Shown piece after piece: positions 28,905 to 41,124 of a stretch of 64,000 nt of DNA. A program made the position numbers and the translations under genes. Within the stretch, counting starts at the first letter, position 1, and every line of letters starts with the position of its first letter. Source of the stretch: Eledone cirrhosa (Eukaryota); contig OZ024741.1 of the NCBI GenBank assembly GCA_964016885.1, positions 236,654,001 through 236,718,000 of the forward strand, given 5' to 3'. The notes beneath the pieces were generated by a model. It searched no databases, was not told the origin of the DNA, and saw only the letters and a program-made list of their open reading frames with translations.

Positions 28905-29100
28905 GATAAAAGATATCCAAATACCAGGACTTGATCGACCGCTTCCTTTTCGAGCATGTCGCCGTCGAAATCTTTGGTGTCCTCGGTCTCCGAATTATCG
29001 TTCTCCTTCGCAAAATTTGAAGGAGCGTGTCTTGCCTGAGGAAGGAGTCCTGTGAGGTGAACAGACTGATGCTGTGGGTTTTGCTGTCAGTTCTCTTGTC
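28905..29100 (+). mobile_element. Degenerate CRE-like RLE C-terminal fragment
   Basis: FLFEHVAVEIFGVLG; homologous to 47120-47341 and to the 20149 element. Confidence 0.65.
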
Positions 29101-29783
29101 CATAAGGTGTAGCTGAGATATACTGCTTAGTGGCTTCCAAACCGTACGCCGCGAGATGTATCTAGATACGCTGCAAAAGATTAAGATTAAGTTTTAAGAT
29201 GCGAAAAATACAAACTGAAATTCGTATGAAAGTTCATATATAGCTGTCAAAGTGACAAACAAGTAAAGTTTAGTAACAAGATTTGCGCAAAATAGCACAA
29301 TCTGTCAACTTTGTAAAGAATGAGGGGTGGTTATGTTAATATGTATGAAAAACTCTTTAGAATTTATAGTACAAAGTGCGGCAGCATATTTTTACTTAAA
29401 AAAAGAAAAGTCGTGAGTAAAAAAAAAATTGGAACCAATAGTCTAGGGTGTATAAGTTACCGCTCCCTCACCTTCCCCTTACTGTCATTAGTTAATTTTT
29501 TCTCTCTTCTTTTTTTTTTATTGCAAATCTTATATAATTTAATTTGAATTTATTGAATAAAGCTATAAATAAATATGAACTAATTCATATTGTGGAAGTA
29601 TGTAATGATGGGTGCAAAACAAAAATCATTTGAGCAGAAGAATATTAAACCAGGCCGCCCTACTCCTCTACTGGAAACTAAAGTAGTCATGCGTTCCTTT
29701 CATATCAGTTGCTTTGAACAGCTTCATTGGTTAAGTGCAACATAACCAATGTCCAGTAGACGACAGAAAAGATTTTAATGAAG

Positions 29784-30756
29784 TTCTTCTTCTTCTTCTT
29801 CTTCTTCTTCTTCTTCTTCTTCTTCTTCTTCTTCTTCTTCTTCTTCTTCTTCTTCTTCTTCTTCTTCTTCTTCTTCTTCTTCTTCTTCTTCTTCTTCTTC
29901 TTCTTCTTCTTCTTCTTCTTCTTCTTCTTCTTCTTCTTCTTCTTCTTCTTCTTCTTCTTCTTCTTCTCTTCTTCTTCTTCTCTTCTTCTTCTTCTCTTCT
30001 TCTTCTTCTTCTCTTCTTCTTCTTCTTCTTCTTCTTCTTCTTCTTCTTCTTCTTCTTCTTCTTCTTCTTCTTCTTCTTCTTCTCTTCTTCTTCTTCTTCT
30101 TCTCTTCTTCTTCTTCTTCTTCTTCTTCTTCTTCTTCTTCTTCTTCTTCTCTTCTCTTCTTCTTCTTCTTCTTCTTCTTCTTCTTCTTCTTCTTCTTCTT
30201 CTTCTTCTTCTTCTTTCTCTTCTTCTTCTCTTCTTCTTCTTCTTCTTCTTCTTCTTCTCTTCTTCTTCTTCTTCTTCTTCTTCTTCTTCTTCTTCTTCTT
30301 CTTCTCTTCTCTTCTTCTTCTTCTTCTTCTTCTTCTTCTTCTTCTTCTTCTTCTTCTTCTTCTTCTTCTTCTTCTTCTTCTTCTTCTTCTTCTTCTTCTT
30401 CTTCTTCTTCTTCTTCTTCTCTTCTTCTTCTTCTTCTTCTTCTTCTTCTTCTTCTTCTTCTTCTTCTTCTTCTTCTTCTTCTTCTTCTTCTTCTTCTTCT
30501 TCTTCTCTTCTTCTTCTTCTTCTTCTTCTTCTTCTTCTTCTTCTTCTTCTTCTTCTTCTTCTTCTCTTCTTCTTCTCCTTCTCCTTCTCTTCTTCTTCTC
30601 TTCTTCTTCTTCTTCTTCTTCTTCTTCTTCTTCTTCTTCTTCTTCTCTTCTTCTTCTTCTTCTTCTTCTTCTTCTTCTTCTTCTTCTTCTTCTTCTTCTT
30701 CTTCTTTCTTCTCTTCTTCTTCTTCTTCTTCTTCTTCTTCTTCTTCTTCTTCTTCT
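29784..30756. repeat. ~970-bp (CTT)n microsatellite forming the expanded tail of the adjacent RTE
   Basis: Direct inspection; abuts the RTE 3' end at 30757. Confidence 0.97.
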
Positions 30757-31670
30757 CTGATAGGGTCCTATCAGAAGCAATCGTTTCCAAATGATCCGAC
30801 TGAATATCCAAGCAAGACAACCGAGCTTATTGATGTTATCCAACCATCCTGCTCGAGGCTTGTCTCCGGACCTGCTACTATTAAAATCTGTCCAACAATT
30901 CCTTCCTTATACATTCTAACCCCATGTCCATAGTACTGGAGGTGTGATATCTCAATGCGGAGAAGTAGCGGCTCTACGTGAGGCGACACACCTTATCGAG
31001 TAACGTTACCCTAAAGACCCTTCGGAGAAGCCTCATTTCGGCTGCTTGTATTCACGATCGATTACTTTCGGTCATTACCCAAGATTCATGACCATAAACA
31101 AGGGTAAGCACGAACACCGAACTTAAGATAGCCAGTTTGGCTTTTACACCTACCTCCCTTCTTCTGAAGACCGAATAATGGAGATGGCGCATATTGCACC
31201 AGAAATTCTTGCATTCAATTCAGCTTCCCTTGACACATCTGAGATTTTTTATTGTTCTGGTGACCTCAACCCCCGAAAGGTTAGTTATCGCTCCTTGATG
31301 CATCTCATGTACATCAGATGATGCTGTTATGATCGGATTTAGGAGATCAGCAAAGTATATTCTCCACCTGGCGAGGATGCATCGCTCTTCAGAGAAAAGA
31401 ACCCCAGACGCCTCCCTGATAGCAGACATTGAAGGAGACTTATTACGAAGTCGGCGGATAGTCTCACAGAATACTTTATTTGCTGATCTAAAGTCGGATT
31501 CCAGCTTAACTCCAAAATCCTTCCATAATCTTGGATGCCTTTACTGTGACTCTGATGCGACTTTTCGCGCATGCTTGTACCGCAAATGTAAGAAGGAAGA
31601 TTTATTTACAAACCAAGATTTGTAAATTTACTTCTTTGCTCAGATGGCATCTTTACCTTCCTGATTGAGC
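30757..31670 (-). mobile_element. RTE LINE, internally deleted
   Basis: Homologous to 17630-18210 and 37635-39357 (ILARWRIYFADLLNP, EPLLLRIE). Confidence 0.85.
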
Positions 31671-32704
31671 AACCCGGCGCCACAACAAACAGCTTTCATT
31701 TAAACGGCCTATGTTTTTGCTTTTAAATATGCTAGTGAAGTGCCATTTTTGAGTAAATACATTCTTGGTTCTACGATAAGAAAGCCATTCAAATGATTTC
31801 AACATAGAAATGCATTGAAAATTATGGAAGAAAGAAATCTTGTGTCTTTTCTATTTGTCGCCACCTAACTAAAGAATTCTGGCTATAGCTCGCCATATTT
31901 ATGGTTGTTAAATGTAAATAAACTCTAATTAGCATAACTATAGTTTAGTGTACCCTAAACTTTCTTAATGGTGTATATTTTGAAGAGATATATTTCAATG
32001 ATCTAGAATATGATTATCTCAATGTAAATATTTTTGTACTCAATTCCCAGTTGTTGAAATGATATTAAGTTCCTATATAATATCTAAGATATTATCCTGA
32101 TTGATATTATTCATTATGAACATGAAATTAGAAGATATGAAAACATCTCAGAGTTTATGTTTAGCCCAATTACAAATAGAGATAGAAAGTATACAGTAAT
32201 GAAAGCTTTAACAAACGGAAGCATTCAATAATGAAAGAACTAAAAAAATGGGTTTTTTTCTAAATTCCACCAGCACAATAATGGCCTACACCTTCATAAA
32301 TATATCTCTGCAAAATTTCGTTAAAAACATATACATTATTTAGAAAGTTATGAGGAAACGAATTCGGGAGGTAATGCTATAAACTCACGTCATGTCCTCT
32401 ATGTCATATAAGCAACACAAAATAGTCAAAATATCTAAATCAATTGTTGAAAATCATTTGCAGAAATTGTCTTCTGCTTCAGGGTGACTGTTTGGATTTA
32501 AAACAGTAATTGCGTCGCACACACAACGATTTATTCAATTGCAGTTAAACTAAGTTGCAGCAAGATACTTAAATGCTATCAAATATCAAGCGCTAAATTG
32601 TACATTTACTGAATTTTGTAAAATAATTGTGGTAAGCTCGAATAACATTGATGAGCTAGAGTCGCCACTAATATATATATATATATAATCTGTCCCCCTC
32701 CCTT

Positions 32705-32767
<63 letters not shown>

Positions 32768-32789
32768 CGGGAGAAGGACAGATCAACAA

Positions 32790-33360
32790 ATAACACCGTT
32801 ATGCGTAGAAGGGTCTCGGTGTTGTGACCAGTCCAGTCTTTGATGTTGTCGGATCAAGATTTTCTTTGGCTGTCTTTTCTTCGCTACATTGCTAGGCTAA
32901 CCAAACAAGCTGTCTGTTGCAGAGTTGGGAAGTAGACTGTCCTGGATGTCGAAAACCTCTTGTATTTATAAAAATTAGGTTGCCCAGAACCATTAAACAG
33001 ATGACCTTTTCAACTGTCCTCTTTTCGGATATTCTGGCGCCGTGATCCCCCTGCAGGAGCACACTATCTAAGTTTGTTGCTCTGAAGTCACAGGTCAGTC
33101 GTTTGTTGGTCGTATGTAGCTGGCTAAGAAAACTACCGTGGGAAAAATATGTCGAGGTTTTGCAACATATATACATACAATGCAGCATTTTTTACTTCGA
33201 TGGTTGCACTGAGATTTCATTACAATTGAACTATGCTGCTTTGTCTGGCTGCTGCGCCTTACTGGCATCGATGTACATAGCTTCTATGATGACCCCTAAG
33301 ACCAACTTTACCGAGGAAAATCTGACCACACTTAATGCACATAAAGTCATTTTGAGCATC
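32790..33360 (-). mobile_element. Old RTE-type LINE 3' fragment
   Basis: Minus strand RQPKK..DNIKDWTG-like end. Confidence 0.5.
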
Positions 33361-33859
33361 TGAAAATCCAGGCAAAGTAATATTGTGTAGACCCTTACGC
33401 AGAGATTTCTTTAATTTTTTATGCTTCATACGAGATTTTTCAAATTCCTATTTTCCATTAAATACTGTTTCCTCCAAGATGATCATACATGAATACATAC
33501 ATACATACATACATACATACATACATACATACATACATACATACATACATACAAGTACAATCCATTAATGGAACAGTAAAAATTTGTAAAACATTCCAAA
33601 AATTTTGCATCTAATAACTGCATATACACATGTACAGATACAAAGCATATACACATGCACACATACAACTCAAAACATACACATCCACACATACAATAAC
33701 ATCCATATCTACACATGCATGCATACATACATATCTACCTAGTTGATGTTGTGTAAATTCCAATGAGAGAGTCTTGTGTCTATGTTAGAAACCGACTCTC
33801 TCTCTATTAGTAAAACTTTGTGAAATTATAAAACCAAAAGAACATACATACATACATAC

Positions 33860-34242
33860 GGTGGCTGCCAACTCGTTTTCGAGTACGGCCACTACTTTAT
33901 ATCCATGTAGGAGAACCCCTACCGATGCGCTGAACGAGTGTGATTTTTAGTCCAGCCAGCGACTTGAAGACTCTGGTACAAACACTACACTTGTGACAAT
34001 TATTGACACATAGTGCTGGGCCCATGGTACCATGTGACGACAAATGCAGAGAGATCTCCAGATATAAAGCAATGCCTGTGCCGTGAAGCTTTTATAGTGA
34101 GCAAAGGCACTGCACAAAGCCAGTCCCACTCTCTTAACCAAGATGATATTTACCAAAAAGAAGAACAAGTCAACATCATTGGATACCATCAGGGTTGCAG
34201 GTGTTATATCAGAGTTTTCCTTCTCCTAGAATTCTGCCTTGA
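33860..34242 (-). mobile_element. RTE-derived non-autonomous element (3' part)
   Basis: Near-identical reverse complement of 58455-58870. Confidence 0.85.
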
Positions 34243-34554
34243 CATACATACATACATACATGCATGCATACATACATACATGCATACATGCATACATACA
34301 TACATACATACATACATACATACATACATACATACATACATACATACATGTTAGAATATGTATTTAAAATCCCTGAGAATTTAAACATTCTAGCATTTAT
34401 TGAATGGGCATTGAATACTACTGGTGGGTAGAATGTAGACATTTATTTTTTAAAGAAAAGTGTCAGTAACTTTATCTAGCAACCAGATGAAAGAGCTAAG
34501 CTGGAACTTCGAAGTCACTGTCACTTTTTTTACTTAGAATATATATATATATAT

Positions 34555-35032
34555 GGCATACGTCAAGACGGGCGGTCTCAAAAGTGAAACTAATTTTTGA
34601 GTTACGAGTTTGTTTTTTTTCTTAATATATATATATATGTGTGGGTGTGTATATGTGTGTATATATATGTGTGTGTGTATGTATATATATCTATATGTGT
34701 GTTTGTATATATATATGTGTTTGTGTCATCATCTTCCACGCAAGCATGGGTTTAGACGTATATATATGTTTGTGTGTATATATATGTATGCTTGTGTGTA
34801 TATATATATGTCTGTTTGTGTGTATATATATGTGTGTTTGTGTGTATATATATGTGTGTTTGTGTGTATATATATGTGTCTGTATATATATATATATGTG
34901 TATGTATACATATATATTTATGCACACATACACATTTGTATGAATTTGTAGATGTATATATATATGCATGTACACAATTCTAACTGTCAAAAATTAGTTT
35001 CACTTTTGAGACCGCCCGTCTTGACGTATGCC
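34555..35032. repeat. 46-bp perfect inverted repeat flanking a TA/TG microsatellite (MITE-like)
   Basis: ggcatacgtcaagacgggcggtctcaaaagtgaaactaatttttga and its exact reverse complement; no TSD seen. Confidence 0.85.
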
Positions 35033-35223
35033 GAAAAGGTAAAGGAAAGAAGAGTGCTCTATGTATAGTACAGATCTATTTAATTATATATAAATATATT
35101 TATATATATATATATATATGATAAAATGGGGAGAAAAATACTGCTGGTAGCACATGGATAACATGTAATAAAATAAGTCCCTCATCAGTGATTTGCCGAC
35201 GATCATAGATATTTCATTGCATT

Positions 35224-35254
<31 letters not shown>

Positions 35255-35326
35255 ATATGTGTGTGTGTATATGTGTGTGTGTGTGTTTATATATATATAT
35301 ATATACACACACATACATATGTGTGT

Positions 35327-35368
<42 letters not shown>

Positions 35369-35735
35369 AATCAGTCGTACATAGTTAAAGTGGATCATTT
35401 TAAGAATCATTAGCTCCACGACCACCGCCATCTTGTCTATTCCACCACCTCCACCACCACTATCACTTACACATTGGTCCCTGTATTTATATATTTGAAA
35501 GAAAGTTGTGTGGAATGCCATCTCCGTCATGGCAGCGTTTGCCGCAAATCGCAAATACTTGCCGCCATCATCGATTTTCGCCTTCGACTGCTGTTATTGT
35601 TGTCTCTCCATGTTTGGCTGCTGGCACACGGCAATGACGCCATTGCTAAACGCTCCACCCTCTCTACTCCCACCTCTACCACCTTATATCCAGCCTGTAG
35701 GGAGCTCGCCTCGGTTTCAACTGGAAATTTAATAG

Positions 35736-35788
<53 letters not shown>

Positions 35789-36060
35789 GTTTTCTTGAGT
35801 ATGCTGTGTATATGGATATGGATATATTGTTTAGCCCCAAGTCGGCTGTGTTCGGGGCATTCTAGCCGTGACAATCTTTTCCCTTAGTGCAGGAAACCAT
35901 GAGCTACATTATCCAACGTGACCTTGTCCAAGACGGCATGGAGAGTGATATGAGAGGGATTCGGCTGCTAGTTCTATATGTTGTATATGTGGTTGTGTAA
36001 ATATATGTATATTGCTTTTATATATATATATGTGTGTGTGTGTCTGTCTATCTGTGTGTC

Positions 36061-36099
<39 letters not shown>

Positions 36100-36728
36100 G
36101 TGAGTGAGTGAGTGAGAGAGAGTTGTATTATGTATATTATGATGAGATTGCTGTTTAACCCCAGATCAGTCCTGATCGAACAGAACTATGATTTTCCAGA
36201 ACTAATGTATCAAAAGCTACGTTAGCCAATGTGTTCTTTAAAAAAAAAAGACTGCAGGTTTTTGTGTAAGTATGTAGTATTACGTGTGTTGTGGTGTGTA
36301 TGTTGACATTTATTGTTTGTATGTGTGTATGCATTTAGCCGTCAGTGTGTGCTTGTGTATGTGTGCCGTGGATGGACATTTTGGGGCCTTGAAGCTTGAA
36401 CTGCAATGGGGGGTCTCTTCCTAACCAGCAACAATAAGGCAACATTAAAAAAGTTGTTTCTGGTTAGTCGTCATGTGTGTATATATGTTGTATGTGGTTG
36501 TGTAAATATACTTATATTGCTTTTGTGTGTGTGTGTGTGTGTATGTAGTGGATTTGGATGTATCATTCTGTGCGTGTATGTGTCTTATGGTGTTGGTATG
36601 TGGATATTTAATCTCTTATGTGTGACTCATGTTGGTTCCTACATAAATTTGTATATGACAAAATATATCCAACATGAAATATATCCATAACTATTTATAA
36701 TCAAAAGATTGACAATTTGCAGAAAGTA

Positions 36729-36831
<103 letters not shown>

Positions 36832-36869
36832 GGTGGTGGAAGACGTGTATTCAATTACACGCAACAACA

Positions 36870-37060
36870 ATGGGCACGGAAGATTGATCCTAGTAATTTT
36901 TTGGGGCAAGCCAACACACTGGTAACATTGTCGCGTGTGATAGCGAGATCAAGGTGTTGGACTAGACAAGCACCCTCACGGGTATCACCCCATTCGTCAG
37001 TAAGGCGAACGGGCAACAATAACAAACTGGTTGTTCCCGATTCAACTCCCTTAAACATCT
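36870..37060 (-). mobile_element. CRE-like RLE C-terminal fragment
   Basis: GDTREGACLVQHLDLAITRDNVTSVL resembles the xQRxSxAxxRGNA motif. Confidence 0.6.
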
Positions 37061-37128
37061 TGAACGTCTTCTTCTTCTCCTCCTCCTCCTCCTCCTCCTC
37101 CTCCTCCTTCTTCTTCTTCTTCTTCTTC

Positions 37129-37175
<47 letters not shown>

Positions 37176-37199
37176 GTTATTGTTATTCCTTGAATCTCA

Positions 37200-37321
37200 G
37201 TCATTGATGTTGGTTAACTGGAAAGTCCGTTGGATTGAATATCAAGCCACTACCTGCAGCCTCCTGTCCCTGTCTATTGTGTTGTCCCCTATATGTCGGC
37301 CCTTGTGGCCAATAAATGAAA

Positions 37322-37395
<74 letters not shown>

Positions 37396-37516
37396 GTTAT
37401 TTTATTTCATCCTCTGTTTTTTTTACACGCAGAAATGCCCATTTGTACCGTCCTGTATTGTCCTGTACTGTCCTTAATGTCTACTTTATGTAAACCCTTG
37501 TGGTTAATAAAGAAAA

Positions 37517-37520
<4 letters not shown>
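37200..37520 (+). mobile_element. Two short Tx1-like 3' ends followed by (ATT)n
   Basis: cccttgtggccaataaatgaaat and cccttgtggttaataaagaaa resemble the Tx1 terminus ccctggtggcaaataaatagaaat at ~27465. Confidence 0.55.
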
Positions 37521-37562
<42 letters not shown>

Positions 37563-37564
37563 TT

Positions 37565-39357
37565 TCTTCTTCTTTTTCTTCTTCTTCTTCTTCTTCTTCT
37601 TCTTCTTCTTCTTCTTCTTCTTCTTCTTCTTCTTCCTGAGAGGCTCGTGGTACCAAAGTCCTCAAACACTCTTTCCAGCAGCAACCGCCTCCAACTGATC
37701 CAGCTAGATCCCCAAGCGAGACCAGCCAAGCTCATGGATGTTATCCAACCATCTTGCTCGGGGTCTACTTCTGGGTCTCATGCTGGCTGGTTTTGCCCGT
37801 AAAAATCTATCTAGCGATTCTTTCCTGAGACATTCCAATCACACGCCCATAATATCGGAGCTGTGATCCTTAATTCTGAGAAGTAGCTGCTCTAGCTGAA
37901 GTGACTCTCTGATCTCTGAGTTACACACTCTATTGAGTAACATTACTCTAAAGACCTTTCGTAGAAACCCTATTTCTGCCACTTGTATTCGCGATCATAT
38001 TCTTTCGGCCGTTACGGAAGATTCATGACCATAGGTAAAGGTTAGCACGAATACCAAATTGTAGAGAGTGAGTTTGGCTTTTACACCTATCTCGCTTTTT
38101 CTGATTACCGAATGCTGAAGCTGGCGCATTACCAGCTTTTGCAATTCTTGCATTTAATACAACCTTCTGCTTTCCATCACTCGTGAACACGGCCACGAGA
38201 TACTTGAACTTTTCCACCTGCTTCAATGGAACTTCATACACATGGCAGGCTTCCTTGCGAGGACGAATGTCTCAGTTCTTGAGGCACTGATTTTCATTCC
38301 ACCCATGCAGCACTCGGCATCAAACCTATCAAGTGCAAGTCAGAGACCACCTTCTATCAACACCATGTCTTCTGTAAATTCCAGCCGACTGATTTTACAC
38401 CCGCCAGTCATGATACCACTTCCAATCCGTCTGCGCATGTCAATCTTGTTCATGAAAATAATGAACAGAAGTGACAGTACACACCTTTGGCGGAGTGCGA
38501 TTCCTATATTGAATGGTTTCGATTTAGTACCATTTATCCGAACACAAATACTCGGTCATTCGTATAAAGACATCAGGGCAGTAAGAAGCTGTACATCAAT
38601 ACCATACTCCTGCACAACCATCTACAGCAGGTCCCAAGAAACGCAGTCATATGCCTTTTCAAGGTCTACAAAAGAAGAATATACTTCTTAGCAATACTCC
38701 TACGATTTCACGAAGTCCTGCCACAGTGTGAACATTTGGTCGGCTGTGCTGCATCCAGGGTGAAAACCGCACAGTTCATCAGCGAGCTTGGACTCAACAG
38801 TTTCCCTGCATCTCTTTGCCAGACACTTAGCATATACTTTACCGGAGAGGCTTAACAAGGAGATCCCTCTGTAATTAGAACAATCTCTCTTGTCTCCATT
38901 TTTGAAAACTGAGATTATCACTCCCGATTGCCATTCCTTAGGTGTCTTTCCAGAGATCCAGGTCAGCCAGAGAATACCTTTTCTAATTAAGGCTTTTAAC
39001 ATCTCGGGTCGGATTTCATCTTCCCCAGCGGCCTTGCCACATTTAAGCTCTTTGACTGCTCTGGTGACCTCAGCTTCTGAGAGATTAGTCACCGCTCCCA
39101 GATGCACCTCGTGTACATCAGTCGATGCTGATGTGATCGGGTTTAGGAGACCAGCAAAGTATTCTCTCTACCTCGCGGGGATGCACCTCTCTGAAGAGAG
39201 AAGAACCCCAGACGCGTTCCTGATGGCAGAAGTGGAGGACTTTTTTTATTACGAAGTCGGCGGATGGTCTGCCAGAACACTTTATTTGCTGATCTGAAGT
39301 TGGATTCCAGTTTAACCTCAAAGTCCTCCCATGGCTTAACTTTGGACGCCTTTACTG
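37565..39357 (-). mobile_element. RTE-clade (Expander/Rex3-like) LINE, RT pseudogene with (AAG)n tail
   Basis: GKAAGEDEIRPEMLK, CSNYRGISLLS, GFHPGCSTADQMFTL, QVEKFKYL. Confidence 0.93.
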
Positions 39358-39679
39358 TTTTTGTTTGTTTGTTTGTTTGTTTGTTGTTTTTTCGCTCTCA
39401 ACTGAAAAAATAGTTAGCCGATAATTCCTTATATTTCAGAATTTTATTCCGTTCGACTATAGATGCTGTGACTCTCACGGCATCCAAGATGTGAAAAGCA
39501 GCGAAAGAGTCGCCCGTGTAATATGTATCAATGTTATATGAACATGTGTAAATGTGTTGCGGTGTGGCTTTATAAGCGGATATTAATGTGTGTGCATTTG
39601 TTTTATATGTGTCAACGTATGCTTCTGTATCATGAGTATATAAATGTGTGTGTGTTGTGGCATTTAACTATACTTCACC

Positions 39680-40290
39680 TTTCTCTTGACCCTCCAGGGT
39701 CTTGAGAGTATTGCAAGGCGCAACAGTGTACCACTTCCACCATCCCTCTTTGTTGTGATCCAGGTTTTGGGTTGTTAGGAAGTCTTTACCTGTCTATTCC
39801 TTGATGTTATCCGCCCATTCTTTTCTTCTGAAGTGCTTGCCTTCTTTTCTACTGAACTGTTCCTTGGCGGATGACCTTGGTCAATCTCTCAACCCTACCA
39901 TCTTGTATTTCTTTTCTTTACAGTGGTTAGTAAGTCTTTATAGTTGCCAACATGTTGTGTAATTGCCATTAAATGTTTTCATTACTTATGTGTTCCATAT
40001 AAGAGATACCCATGATATTTTCTGTAGCATCTCATTTCAAATGTCAGTATTTTCCTCTGTAATTCTGCTTTGAACGTCCATGCCTCGCAGGCATATAAAA
40101 GAGAGAGTACTAGATGACGCATGAGTTTCAGTTTAGCTTTGAGATCGATGTTATTGTCTCGTCATATTGGTCTTACTTAACCTTGCTAATGCTGCTAATG
40201 TTTGAGCGGCTCTTGGGGGAATTTTCTGCTTTGACCAATCTTCGGTGATGATGGCACCTAGGTATTTGAAGTAGTCAACCGCCATTGAAA
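39680..40290 (-). mobile_element. RTE-1/BovB-like LINE 3' fragment
   Basis: Minus strand FKYLGAII, FLYACEAWT, WADNIKE. Confidence 0.75.
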
Positions 40291-40669
40291 ATGATTCTGG
40301 TGTTAATGTTGTTTTGGCTGTTTGTTTTTATATTTTAGTATTACGTAAAGGGGGTTCTACATTTTCATATTTTATTTTATTTTATAAAGTCTGTTATGCA
40401 CATTTCAGAGGCGTATACAAAGATTATATAGGTCTACCATGTCATCACCAGGCAGAAGCCAATTCAGGCTGCATTTCGGCTGAGCAACACCTCATGTCCC
40501 ATAGTCGGCATAACATATACATTATCATATATATTACCATATACATTATTACATACATTATTGACTTCTGTTTAATGCTGGCCTGGTAGTAACGCCTCCA
40601 AAATGTATATAACACACTTTCTATAATAAACTAAGGTACAGACAAAGGTATTAATGGAAAATTATTATT

Positions 40670-40760
40670 CTTTCATAAAAAGAAAACGTACTTATTCTCT
40701 TACAATCGTTTCGAAACGATTGTAAGAGAACAAATAGTTTTTTTTAATGAATGAAGAAAA
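40670..40760. repeat. Short palindrome centred on TTTCGAAA (HHR 3' halves back to back)
   Basis: ttctcttacaatcgtttcgaaacgattgtaagagaa. Confidence 0.8.
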
Positions 40761-40883
40761 ATTTTCCGTTAATACTATTGTCTATATTTGCTCTGCATTT
40801 ATATATATATATATCCACTCTTCCACGCTAATAACCTTTATATATTATATAAACACATTGAGCTATTCCTTTCTCTTAAGAGA

Positions 40884-40977
<94 letters not shown>

Positions 40978-41124
40978 GTTGTGTGTGTGTGTGTGCGCGT
41001 GTGTGAGTACATAAAAGACCCCGCACTTTACCCTTAAAGACCACAAGGCTAATTTCTTTAACAACCCGTCGGTTCGATTGATTAACCCTACACGCTTGGA
41101 CATCGGATCAATCAGTAAAAATAT

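Noticed and set aside
29705-30843. Long poly-K/R/E/F/L/S ORFs
   Set aside because: Translations of the (CTT)n microsatellite.
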